Of a stretch of DNA of 64,000 nucleotides, positions 20,081-29,549 are shown piece after piece. Positions within the stretch are counted from its first letter, which is position 1. Every line of letters starts with the position of its first letter. The translations under genes and the position numbers were made by a program. Origin of the DNA: Nitrososphaeria archaeon (GTDB lineage Archaea > Thermoproteota > Nitrososphaeria > Nitrososphaerales > JAAOZN01); contig JARVJZ010000006.1 in assembly GCA_029775855.1 (NCBI GenBank), positions 116,570 to 180,569 of the forward strand. The letters run 5' to 3'. The notes under the pieces were generated by a model. It searched no databases. It had not been told where the DNA came from and saw nothing but the letters and a program-made list of their open reading frames with translations.

Positions 20081-21955
20081 TTGAGCGATTTTAAATACAA
20101 AGGCTACTGCTCTAAACTGCTGAGAGTAAATCTAACTTCACAAACCGCTTCTGAAGAACCTTTGAATGAATCTGATGTAGAAAGATTTATCGGTGGTAGA
20201 GGACTTGGCGCGAAGATACTTTTTGACGAAGTCAAAGAAGGCGTTGAACCCCTAAGCCCAGAAAACAAGCTCATAATAACCACTGGACCATTAACGGGAA
20301 CGAGGGTACCTACTAGTACAAACCGCTTTGTAATTACAACAAAATCTCCTCTAACAGGTATCTACGGCTTTTCAGTTTCAGGAGGAGCATTTGGCTTAGA
20401 GTTAAAGAAGGCTGGATACGATGGATTAGTGATAGAAGGCAAAGCGAATAAACCAACATACTTACAGATAGAAGATGGAGAACTACATTTTAGAGACGCA
20501 GGCTGGCTCTGGGGCATACCAGTATTCGAAGCAACCAGGCTTCTGAGAGAAACCTTAGGTTATGACTACAGAACAATAATGATAGGCCCTTCTGGGGAGA
20601 AGTTGGTTAAGATCGCAGGCATAATTTCAGACGACCGAAGAGCATCAGCAAGGTGTGGTGTTGGAGCGGTAATGGGCTCAAAGCTACTAAAGGCAGTGGC
20701 GGTCAAAGGCTCAAAAGAATACACATTTGCAGACCCCGCTAAATTCGACGAAGCGTTAAAAGAAGCATTCAAGAACATTGGGATACAACCCGGCCCATGG
20801 AAGGAGTTCAGACAGACAGGCACCCAATCTGGGCCGATAAAGAACAACGCTTGGGGTATCTTACCTACAGCTAACTGGCGTGAATCTGTATTCGATAAAG
20901 CTGCTGAAATAAGCTACCCTCTGTTAAGAGAGAGGTTTGTCGTCAAAGATACTGGCTGTAACCAGTGCCCGATAAGATGCACAAAACTAACCTTGGTTAA
21001 GGATGGGCCTTATGCTGGTGCTGCAACTGATGGGCCTGAGTATGAGACGATTTACGCGTTTGGCAGCGCTTGCAAGATAGGTGACCCGAGACCTATTATA
21101 GCGGCTGATATGCTCTGTGACGATCTAGGGCTTGATACCATGTCTACTGGGCTTACTATAGCTTGGGCTATGGAGGCTCTTGAGAAGAATGCTATCTCAA
21201 AGAGCGAGTTGGATGGGTTAAATTTGAGATTTGGGAGCGACGAAGGACTGCTGAACGCTATCAAGAAGATGGCTTATAGGGATGGAGCATTAGGCAAACT
21301 ACTTTCAGATGGCGTAAGAGAGGCTGCTAGAAAGGTTGGGAAAGGCTCCGAAAGCTATGCTATGCACGTTAAGGGTCTTGAGATAGGAGGTTATGACCCA
21401 AGAGGCTCAAAGGGGCAGGGATTAGTGTTGGCTGCTGGTTCAAGAGGCGGATGCCATCACGCATATGGTGTGGCTTCCTTTGTTGAAATACCTCAAGGTA
21501 CTGCTACAAGCGCTAAAGGAAAGGGGTTGCTCGTTAAGGGAACATTAAGGGTTAGGGTTATGATAGATTCATCCCCTTTATGCGCCTTCGCAGCATCCAG
21601 GGTGCCACCGCCGCTGCTGGCTAGATTAATTTCAGCTGCCACTGGAATGGAGATGCAGCTCTCTGATTTGGAGAGAGCTGCTGATAGAATAGCGACACTC
21701 GAAAGAGCATATAACGCTAGAGAAGGGGTAAGAAGGGAGCATGACACTCTGCCGGATAGGTTGCTAAAGGAAGCTGTGCCAGATGGGCCGAACAAAGGTG
21801 CGGTTCTTACACCTGAAGAACTTGAACTTATGAAGACAGAGCTCTATGAAGCCATGGGTTGGGATACTTCTACTGGCATACCTAAGAGGAGCACGCTGGA
21901 GGCTTTAGGGTTGGCTGATGTAGCTTCAGATCTAGCTAGGGCTGGATGTCTGTAG
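20081..21955 (+). CDS. tungsten aldehyde:ferredoxin oxidoreductase family protein
   Basis: LLRVNL, IGGRGLG, KSPLTG, GAVMGSK.LKAVAV, C.QCPIRC, PEYET, CDDLGLDT, YDPRG. Confidence 0.93.
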   Translation: MSDFKYKGYCSKLLRVNLTSQTASEEPLNESDVERFIGGRGLGAKILFDEVKEGVEPLSPENKLIITTGPLTGTRVPTSTNRFVITTKSPLTGIYGFSVSGGAFGLELKKAGYDGLVIEGKANKPTYLQIEDGELHFRDAGWLWGIPVFEATRLLRETLGYDYRTIMIGPSGEKLVKIAGIISDDRRASARCGVGAVMGSKLLKAVAVKGSKEYTFADPAKFDEALKEAFKNIGIQPGPWKEFRQTGTQSGPIKNNAWGILPTANWRESVFDKAAEISYPLLRERFVVKDTGCNQCPIRCTKLTLVKDGPYAGAATDGPEYETIYAFGSACKIGDPRPIIAADMLCDDLGLDTMSTGLTIAWAMEALEKNAISKSELDGLNLRFGSDEGLLNAIKKMAYRDGALGKLLSDGVREAARKVGKGSESYAMHVKGLEIGGYDPRGSKGQGLVLAAGSRGGCHHAYGVASFVEIPQGTATSAKGKGLLVKGTLRVRVMIDSSPLCAFAASRVPPPLLARLISAATGMEMQLSDLERAADRIATLERAYNAREGVRREHDTLPDRLLKEAVPDGPNKGAVLTPEELELMKTELYEAMGWDTSTGIPKRSTLEALGLADVASDLARAGCL

Positions 21956-21975
21956 CAAGTTAGCAGATGCTTGTG

Positions 21976-22923
21976 TTAACGCGTCTTCCGCTCACGGAGT
22001 ATCTTTATTAGATATTCGTCTCTTAGCTTCATCACTTCGCTTGCCGACCTCTTTGACCAGTCGTAAAAGCCTTTACCAGTCTTCACACCGAATTCGTTTC
22101 TCTCAACCATCTGCTTGACGATATTATGGGGCTCGGTTGAGTTGTCAAGATCCTTATAGACTATTTTAGAAACTGCATAAAGTATGTTTACACCTGAGAG
22201 GTCAACTAGGTCAAAGACACCTAAAACTGGAAAGCGTGTGCCGAGTGTTTCTTTTATGACCGTATCTATATCCTCTGGTGTGGCTACACCCTTCTCTACA
22301 AGAGAAGTTGCTTCCCTTATGATAGCATATAGGATTCTTATTCCAATCTGACCAGGAATATCTTTGTTCACTACAACAGGCTTTTTCCCGACCTTCTCAA
22401 GCAGAGCTTTAGCGGTCTGAATGGTTGCATCTGAAGTCTTCTCACCTCTAACTATCTCTACAGCTTGAAGTAAGGTTGGTGGGTTCCAGAAATGCGTTCC
22501 AACCACCTTATCTGGGCGGTTTGTTGCTGAGGCTAGTAATGTTATGGGAATGCCTGAAGTGTTGCTTGCAAGAATTGTATGTTGAGGTGCTGATTGATCT
22601 AATGTTGTAAAAACACTTCGTTTAACATCGACATTCTCTGTGACAGCTTCGACTACAAAGTCTGCACCCCTACCGGCTTCTTTAAGGTCTAAGATTGGGC
22701 AGATGTTTGATAGAGCGGCTTTGGCTTCGCTTTCACTTAGAAGCCCGTATTGAGTAAACTTCTTCAGATCAGATTCTATTGATGAAAGAGCATTGTCAAG
22801 TAGAGTCTTATTCACATCATTTAGTAGCACCTTGTAGCCGGCTTGAGCGAAAACTTGTGCTATACCATGCCCCATAAGGCCAGCTCCTACAACCGCGACT
22901 GTTTTAATCTGGTTTAGAGACAT
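21976..22923 (-). CDS. 3-hydroxyacyl-CoA dehydrogenase family protein, FHMPC 5-dehydrogenase-like
   Basis: GAGLMGHG, EAVTE..VK, ASNTSGIPIT, HFWNPP, RILYAIIREA, PEDIDT. Confidence 0.75.
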   Translation of the reverse strand: MSLNQIKTVAVVGAGLMGHGIAQVFAQAGYKVLLNDVNKTLLDNALSSIESDLKKFTQYGLLSESEAKAALSNICPILDLKEAGRGADFVVEAVTENVDVKRSVFTTLDQSAPQHTILASNTSGIPITLLASATNRPDKVVGTHFWNPPTLLQAVEIVRGEKTSDATIQTAKALLEKVGKKPVVVNKDIPGQIGIRILYAIIREATSLVEKGVATPEDIDTVIKETLGTRFPVLGVFDLVDLSGVNILYAVSKIVYKDLDNSTEPHNIVKQMVERNEFGVKTGKGFYDWSKRSASEVMKLRDEYLIKILRERKTR

Positions 22924-23030
22924 AAGCTAGCGTATAGGAAAATTAAGTATTTTAACACTCACTTAATTTGTTGGCGTCAACAGATTTTAGAGGCATAGAT
23001 ATTTTACCTTGTCTAATATATGGTAGCACT

Positions 23031-23861
23031 GTGAGCGGGCGCTCATCAGAAGAAGAGAAGATTATTGATGCATTAAGGGACTTTGGTCTAACACGCCTAC
23101 AGGCTGAGGTCTACTTAACATTAAGAAGACTGGGCTCAGCATACGCAAGGGAACTCATAGCAGAGTTAAAGGCTAACAGAGTTGACATCTACCGTGCATT
23201 ACGAACCTTACGCAACCTTGAATTGGTAGAGGTTCAATTAGGTAATCCTACTCGTTTTCAGAGTGTAGCGCCGAGAAACGCGATTGAAGCGCTACTTAAT
23301 AGAAAAGAAGAAGCGTTGGCAAATCTAAAAGAGCGAGGTAAAGAAATCTTACCAAAGCTTGAAGCTCTAACACAAGAACCTAAGGCTTTCACACGCACTG
23401 AGAAAAGACTATTCTTAAGGCTGCTTTCAGGTGCACAAGTCTTTCGTAGAGTAGCTGACTTGGTTAAAGATGCTAGGTATGTGTTGAAGATGATTTCTCC
23501 TCGAGGGCTCTATTTACACTGGCAGTCTGGGATATATGATGCTGAAACCCTTAGTGTGCAGCGTGGGGCTAAGATAAGAATACTAACTTACATCGGTAAG
23601 CAGAATGTTGAATGTGTAAGGGAGTATTCCAATATAGCTTCTATACGCCACTTGGATGATCTAGCAGCCAGAATAAGGTATATAGTTGTAGATGAAAATC
23701 AGCTCGTTTTACCAGTTTCTTCTCCCCCGCAAGGTTTAAAAGATCCGGTTGTAATTTGGAGTAATAGTTCAACCCTAATAGACAGTTTACTACACGACTT
23801 CGACGCTGCTTGGATGAAGGGCGTAGATGCTGAGAAACGGATAAATGAACTTTGTAAGTAA
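23031..23861 (+). CDS. TrmB family transcriptional regulator
   Basis: N-terminal wHTH (LRDFGLT..QAEVYL, DIYRAL..L...LVE) and C-terminal PLD-like effector domain. GTG 23031 likely start (track 22968). Confidence 0.85.
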   Translation: MSGRSSEEEKIIDALRDFGLTRLQAEVYLTLRRLGSAYARELIAELKANRVDIYRALRTLRNLELVEVQLGNPTRFQSVAPRNAIEALLNRKEEALANLKERGKEILPKLEALTQEPKAFTRTEKRLFLRLLSGAQVFRRVADLVKDARYVLKMISPRGLYLHWQSGIYDAETLSVQRGAKIRILTYIGKQNVECVREYSNIASIRHLDDLAARIRYIVVDENQLVLPVSSPPQGLKDPVVIWSNSSTLIDSLLHDFDAAWMKGVDAEKRINELCK

Positions 23862-23914
23862 ACATATGCTACACTACCTACACTTTTACCTAACATCAAC
23901 TTATCTCCGAAAAT

Positions 23915-24799
23915 ATGCGCTCAACGCTCAGAAGCTACCTAACCAACAACTTTACATTTGACTACATAGACATAAATCTGATAAAACCATCAAAAATCAA
24001 CATAAGAAAAGAATTAGGCGACATAAATGGCCTTATGGCTTCTATAAAAGCGAACGGCTTACTACAACCTATAACAGTCCGCATTTGCGGCGAATATTTT
24101 GAAGTGGTTGCCGGTAATAGAAGGCTTGAGGCTTGTAAGCGACTGAGATGGGCAACCATACCTTGCTTTGTTAAGGATGTAGATGATAAAACAGCGTTCG
24201 AGTTATCATTAATAGAAAATGTGCAGCGTAGAACCCTAAACCCGCTTGAGGAAGCTGAAGCATTCAAACAATATGTGGACGGATATGGATGGGGTGGAAT
24301 AACAGATCTAGCACATAAGATAGGCAAAAGCGTTGAGTATGTGTCACATAGACTAAAGCTGCTCGAACTACCTAAAGATGTGCAGAATAAGCTAATCAGC
24401 GGCCAGCTTTCACCGAGCTGTGCACAAGAATTACTTTGGGTAGAAGACGATGATGCCCGAACTCAGTTAGCATCAACCACCGTCGAGTTAAAGATGTCCA
24501 CCAAAGAACTTAGATCAGCTGTTAAACTGATTAAAAGCGGGTTGAGCGTATCAGAGGCACTACTAGACTTAAGAGAAAATCAATTTAAAAGAAGTGAAGA
24601 GTGGGAACAGAAGGTAAAGGTGCTTGAAGAAGCCATCCTCATCCTCAGAATATGCTTAGTACGCTTCGATGATGTAGTGAAGAAAGCAGCCAAATACCCT
24701 AAACTTAGGTCAATGCTCCTAAAAAAGCGGTACACAATACATAAACTGATTGACAGCGTCATATACGAGAAAAAAAGAATAGAGAAGGGTTGCGGCTAG
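23915..24799 (+). CDS. ParB/Spo0J family protein
   Basis: SIKANGLLQPITVR, EVVAGNRRLEA, LIENVQRRTLNPLEEA, HTH LAHKIGKSVEYVSHRLKLL. Confidence 0.9.
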   Translation: MRSTLRSYLTNNFTFDYIDINLIKPSKINIRKELGDINGLMASIKANGLLQPITVRICGEYFEVVAGNRRLEACKRLRWATIPCFVKDVDDKTAFELSLIENVQRRTLNPLEEAEAFKQYVDGYGWGGITDLAHKIGKSVEYVSHRLKLLELPKDVQNKLISGQLSPSCAQELLWVEDDDARTQLASTTVELKMSTKELRSAVKLIKSGLSVSEALLDLRENQFKRSEEWEQKVKVLEEAILILRICLVRFDDVVKKAAKYPKLRSMLLKKRYTIHKLIDSVIYEKKRIEKGCG

Positions 24800-25785
24800 C
24801 TGAAGTAAGGTATTACATACTCCTTACACACCTTAGGCGTAAGCCAAGGATCAGGACTTATTTCAGCCCAGATTACAGTAGATACACCAACCTTGGCATA
24901 CTCCTCGAATCTGCTTATGATTTGCTCTGGCTTTGATGCAATGTTGAATGCTGCGATAAGCACATCATCTCTTACAAGGGCTGAACGGCTTTCGATTACA
25001 CGCGGATCTTGTGTGATTGAGTAGCACTCTGGTATTAGAACACCTCCGTATAGCCTCGCCTTTTTAAGGGCTTGCTCAAAGTCTGGGTGGTAAGATGTAT
25101 CTACGAAAGCCATCTTCTCCATCTTATCTGGATCTTTACCGGCCTCTCTTGCTGCTGAGTTGAAGGCGGGTAGGATTACGGATTTGAAGTAGTCTGGCGG
25201 ACCAAGGCTTAAGATCCCATCACAGTATTTACCAGCGATCTTAGCCATCTTTACACCTCCAGCTACACCAATCAATGGTATGGGTTGCTTTGGTTTGTCA
25301 TAAAGGTAGAAGAAAGTTTTGAAGTATCTTCCTTTGAATGTGAAGTAGTCTTGACTTGTCCAACACTTCTTAATCAGCTGTATAGCCTCTTCAACCCTTG
25401 CCACACGCTCAGCATTACTTGGCCACACGCCAGTAACGGTATTTTCATTCATGGCTTCTCCTGTACCAACATGTAGCCCCACCCTACCTTCGTGCAGAAT
25501 AGCCATAGTGGCTGTCTGCAAAGCTACATCAACGGGATGATTTCTTAAACCTAGAGGCGCAACCATGTAGTGGCAAGCAATCTTGCTGGTGCGCTGTAGA
25601 TAGGCTTCTGTCATTATGTTTGCTGCTGAGCAGTGTCCATTAGTGTGGTGCCAAGGTAGCGTATGATCTCCTTCCCACAGTAGGTCGAAGCCTGCATCTT
25701 CATATAACGGGACTCTCTTTAGTATGTCGACTGGATCGTATTCGACTATAACTGGGCATATACCTATCTTGAGTTTTTTGGGCAT
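24796..25785 (-). CDS. LLM-class oxidoreductase, F420-dependent FGD/Adf-like
   Basis: DHTLPWHH.NGH and VGTGEAMNE motifs of the FGD/Adf subgroup; FKGRYF. Confidence 0.75.
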   Translation of the reverse strand: MPKKLKIGICPVIVEYDPVDILKRVPLYEDAGFDLLWEGDHTLPWHHTNGHCSAANIMTEAYLQRTSKIACHYMVAPLGLRNHPVDVALQTATMAILHEGRVGLHVGTGEAMNENTVTGVWPSNAERVARVEEAIQLIKKCWTSQDYFTFKGRYFKTFFYLYDKPKQPIPLIGVAGGVKMAKIAGKYCDGILSLGPPDYFKSVILPAFNSAAREAGKDPDKMEKMAFVDTSYHPDFEQALKKARLYGGVLIPECYSITQDPRVIESRSALVRDDVLIAAFNIASKPEQIISRFEEYAKVGVSTVIWAEISPDPWLTPKVCKEYVIPYFS

Positions 25786-25861
25786 AGTTTTTCACAACAC
25801 TATCATAGTGGTTCGTTTTAGGATTTACGGTTGAAGAAAGACTTAGCTGACCGTTAAGGTT

Positions 25862-26773
25862 ATGTTAGGCTATGAGGAGCCTCTTTTTGATATGGGAAGT
25901 TTACCGCCGTTTGAATATCTTGAGCCATCAACCTTACAGTATGCTCTATACATCCTTAACCGCTACGGAGAATCAGCAAGTATCTTGGCTGGAGGCACAG
26001 ACCTACTTGTTCAGATGCGCGATGGGAAGAAGACGCCAAAATATGTCGTGAATATCAAAAAAATCCCGCAGTTAGAAGGCATTAGACTTGAAAACGAAGG
26101 CGTAGTGATAGGTGCATTAACTACAGTCAACAAAATACACGAATCAAACCTTATCAAAGAAAAGTTTCCAGCGCTCCATCAAGCAGCTGGCGTATTAGCA
26201 TCATATCAAGTGAGAAACAGAGCCACAATAGGAGGAAATCTCTGCAACGCTTCTCCGGCAGCTGACCTAGCACCTCCACTTCTAATCTACGAAGCAAAGC
26301 TGAAGATAGCTGGATTGAAAGGAGAAGATGAGGTGCCTATAAAGCGCTTCTTCTTAGGACCAGGTAAAACGGTTATAGAGCAGGGGATGATTCTAAAGGA
26401 GATCTACATCCCGACCCCTAAAGAACACACATACAGTATTCACCTAAAGTTTGGAGAGCGAAGAGCGATGGAGTGTGCAATAATTAATGTAGCCGCATCG
26501 ATAAGTATTGGAGACAGCATATGCGAAGATGCGAAGATAGCCTTAGGTTCCGTGGCACCAACACCTATTAGGTCTGAGAATGCTGAGGCTGAGTTGCGTG
26601 GAAAGAAGTTAGATGAAGAGGTGATAAAGAGAGCGGCTGAAGCGGCAGCAAAAGACAGTAAACCAATAAGTGACATTCGTGCTTCTGCAGAGTATAGAAG
26701 GGAGATGGTAAAGGTTTTTGTAAGAAGAGCCTTACATTCACTCATGATAGAGAGTAATATGGGGAATAGATAG
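25862..26773 (+). CDS. xanthine dehydrogenase family FAD subunit (CoxM-like)
   Basis: AGGTDL, QVRNRATIGGNLCNASPAAD, DIRASAEYR. Confidence 0.93.
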   Translation: MLGYEEPLFDMGSLPPFEYLEPSTLQYALYILNRYGESASILAGGTDLLVQMRDGKKTPKYVVNIKKIPQLEGIRLENEGVVIGALTTVNKIHESNLIKEKFPALHQAAGVLASYQVRNRATIGGNLCNASPAADLAPPLLIYEAKLKIAGLKGEDEVPIKRFFLGPGKTVIEQGMILKEIYIPTPKEHTYSIHLKFGERRAMECAIINVAASISIGDSICEDAKIALGSVAPTPIRSENAEAELRGKKLDEEVIKRAAEAAAKDSKPISDIRASAEYRREMVKVFVRRALHSLMIESNMGNR

Positions 26774-26781
26774 GTGAAATT

Positions 26782-27264
26782 ATGAAACAGCGTATAAAAC
26801 TTTTTGTAAACGGCGAAGCATATGAAGTATACACCGAACCCAACAGAACACTACTAGATGTTCTAAGAGAAGACCTAGAGTTAACAGGCACAAAAAGAGG
26901 CTGTGACTCAGGGGAATGCGGTGCATGCACAGTACTTCTAAACGGTAAACCAGTAAACTCCTGCCTAATACTAGCACCAGAAGTAGATGGGCAGAGCGTA
27001 GTCACGATAGAAGGAATAAGCAAACCTAACCTACCCCTACATCCAGTGCAAGAAGCGTTCATCGAAAAATGGGCTATACAATGCGGCTTCTGCACACCTG
27101 GCATGGTAATTTCCGCTAAAGCGCTTTTAGATCGAAATCCAGAGCCTTCTGAGGAGGAGATTAAGCTGGCTTTAGCGGGTAATCTATGTAGATGTACGGG
27201 TTATGTGAAGATTGTTGAAGCGGTTAAGGCTGCTGCTGAAAAGATGAAGGAGGGAAGAAGTTGA
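26782..27264 (+). CDS. xanthine dehydrogenase family 2Fe-2S subunit (CoxS-like)
   Basis: GCDSGECGACTV, QCGFCTPG, NLCRCTGY. Confidence 0.95.
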   Translation: MKQRIKLFVNGEAYEVYTEPNRTLLDVLREDLELTGTKRGCDSGECGACTVLLNGKPVNSCLILAPEVDGQSVVTIEGISKPNLPLHPVQEAFIEKWAIQCGFCTPGMVISAKALLDRNPEPSEEEIKLALAGNLCRCTGYVKIVEAVKAAAEKMKEGRS

Positions 27265-29549
27265 CTGTTCAAATAAGTCGAGAGAGTCTAATAGGGAAGT
27301 CTTTAACCAGAGTTGACGCGTTAGAGAAGGTTACTGGTAGAGCAGTTTACGGAGACGACATCAAAATGACAGGCTTGCTCTACGGTAAGATTCTAAGAAG
27401 CCCAAAAGCGCATGCAAAGATCAAGAGGATTGATGTATCTAAGGCACTTGCTCTTGAAGGCGTTAAAGCTGTGGTGACTGGTAAAGACGCACCTTTCCGT
27501 GGTGGCGAAGCCTTAAGGGACCAACCTTTCCTCGCAATAGATAAGGTTAGATTTGTTGGCGAGCCTGTTGCTGCTGTTGCTGCTGTAGATGAGAGAATAG
27601 CTGAGGAGGCGATAAAGCTAATTGAAGTTGAATACGAGGATCTGCCAGCTGTGTTTGATGTTATGGACGCGCTGAAGCCAGACGCCCCAATAATACATGA
27701 GGAGCTTCACACATATGAGCACATACCTATCGTGCAGCCAGTCCCTGGAACTAACATCTGCGCAAAATTTGAGTTTGAAAGAGGCGATTTAGAGAAGGGG
27801 TTTGCTGAAGCTGATGTAGTCATCGAAGACACTTTCACATTTGCACCTTCACACCACGGTCAAATAGAGCCATTTATGGCTATAGCCCAAGTTGACTACA
27901 ACGGTAGAATAACAGTCTGGGTTCCTAACGATGCACCAAGCAGACTCAGAAAGGATCTCTCAGACGCTATGAAGATACCTCAAGACAGAATACGCGTTAT
28001 ATCACCGCCTTATATGGGCGGAGGCTTTGGCGGAAAAGGTGGGCTCAAAGTTGAAATGGTATGCATAGCCCTAGCCATGAAGACAGAATGCAGACCAGTA
28101 AAGATTAGGCTAACAAGAGAAGAAACCTTTGAAGCAACACTCACTAGGCACGGCGCAGTATGCTGGGTAAAGATGGGCGCTAAAAAAGATGGACGCATAG
28201 TGGCTTGCCACTCTAAACTCTACTACAACACAGGAGCATACGCTGAAAAAGGACCTACAGTGACGCTCCATGGCTGCGAATCTGGAGTTGGACCGTACGA
28301 CATACCTAACATCAAGGTTGAAGGATATTGTGTTTATACGAATAGACCAGTCGCAGGAGCACTAAGAGGGTATGGGCTACCTCAATCCTCTTGGGCTCAT
28401 GAGTCGCTTGTTGATATGCTTGCTCATAAACTTGGGTTAGACCCGCTGGAGATAAGGCTCAAAAACGCTCTGGTTGAAGGCTCAATCAACCCTATCAGAG
28501 GTGATGAGCTGTTTAGCGTCGGGTTAAAAGAGTGTCTTGAGAAGGCTGCGAAGGCTATTGACTGGTATAAAAAGAGACCGCCAAATAGGGGTGTAGGCAT
28601 AGCCTGTGAATACAAAGCTACAAAGACACCATCAGGTTCAACAGCCTTTGTAAGGATCGAACAAGACGGGAGCGTTGAGGTAGTAACAAGCAGCGTTGAA
28701 ATAGGTCAAGGAGTCAGAACCATACTCACACAAATAGTGGCAGAGGAGCTGGGCGCATCACCGAACATGATCAAAGTTACCGTCCCAGATACAGATTACA
28801 CGCCATTCGACGCTTCAACCACAGCAAGCAGAACCACCTTCCACATGGGTAATGCGGTAAGAGAAGCTGCTAGAGATGCTAAAAAGCAGCTTCTTGAACT
28901 AGCGTCCAAACTCTACGGCATCAGCCCAGAGAGGCTAGATACTTGGGATGGCAAAGTCTTTCCGAAAGAAGGAGGGAAGGAGATGAGCTTCAGAGAAGTT
29001 ATTACAAGCCACTATAGGGCAGGGTTAAGCATACTTGGACGAGGCTCATACTACCCGAATATACCAGGCACACTCTTCTCAGCACATAGCGTATTCTACA
29101 TGTATGCTGCGCACGCAGTAGAAATTGAAGTAGATCCTGAGACTGGCGTAATCACGATTTTAAAGTATGCTGCTGCGCATGATGTGGGCAGAGCTATCAA
29201 CCCCAAGGCTTGTGAGGGGCAGATAGAAGGTGGTGTATTACAGGGAATAGGCTCAACGCTCTACGAGGAGATACTATTTGATGATAAAGGGGTTATGCTC
29301 AACCCTAATTTCAGAGACTATAAGATGCCTACAAGCATGGATATGCCTAAAGTTATTCCGATAATAGTAGAGGCTCCGCATAAAGAAGGGCCGTTTGGGG
29401 CAAAAGGCATAGGCGAAATAACACTAGTCCCTGTGTCTCCAGCTATAGCTAACGCGCTCTTTAACGCCATAGGTGTTAGGATAAAGGATCTTCCACTTAC
29501 AGCCGAAAAAGTTTACTTTGCTATCAAGAAGCAGAAAGGAGGGAATTAA
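27261..29549 (+). CDS. xanthine dehydrogenase family Mo-binding large subunit
   Basis: GGGFGGK, ALRGYG, EIGQG, TTASR, GQIEGG, KGIGE. Lacks the CODH AYxCSFR loop. Confidence 0.92.
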   Translation: MTVQISRESLIGKSLTRVDALEKVTGRAVYGDDIKMTGLLYGKILRSPKAHAKIKRIDVSKALALEGVKAVVTGKDAPFRGGEALRDQPFLAIDKVRFVGEPVAAVAAVDERIAEEAIKLIEVEYEDLPAVFDVMDALKPDAPIIHEELHTYEHIPIVQPVPGTNICAKFEFERGDLEKGFAEADVVIEDTFTFAPSHHGQIEPFMAIAQVDYNGRITVWVPNDAPSRLRKDLSDAMKIPQDRIRVISPPYMGGGFGGKGGLKVEMVCIALAMKTECRPVKIRLTREETFEATLTRHGAVCWVKMGAKKDGRIVACHSKLYYNTGAYAEKGPTVTLHGCESGVGPYDIPNIKVEGYCVYTNRPVAGALRGYGLPQSSWAHESLVDMLAHKLGLDPLEIRLKNALVEGSINPIRGDELFSVGLKECLEKAAKAIDWYKKRPPNRGVGIACEYKATKTPSGSTAFVRIEQDGSVEVVTSSVEIGQGVRTILTQIVAEELGASPNMIKVTVPDTDYTPFDASTTASRTTFHMGNAVREAARDAKKQLLELASKLYGISPERLDTWDGKVFPKEGGKEMSFREVITSHYRAGLSILGRGSYYPNIPGTLFSAHSVFYMYAAHAVEIEVDPETGVITILKYAAAHDVGRAINPKACEGQIEGGVLQGIGSTLYEEILFDDKGVMLNPNFRDYKMPTSMDMPKVIPIIVEAPHKEGPFGAKGIGEITLVPVSPAIANALFNAIGVRIKDLPLTAEKVYFAIKKQKGGN

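Noticed and set aside
25862-29549. Aerobic CO dehydrogenase coxMSL
   Set aside because: The large subunit has ALRGYG, not the AYxCSFR loop of form I CODH.
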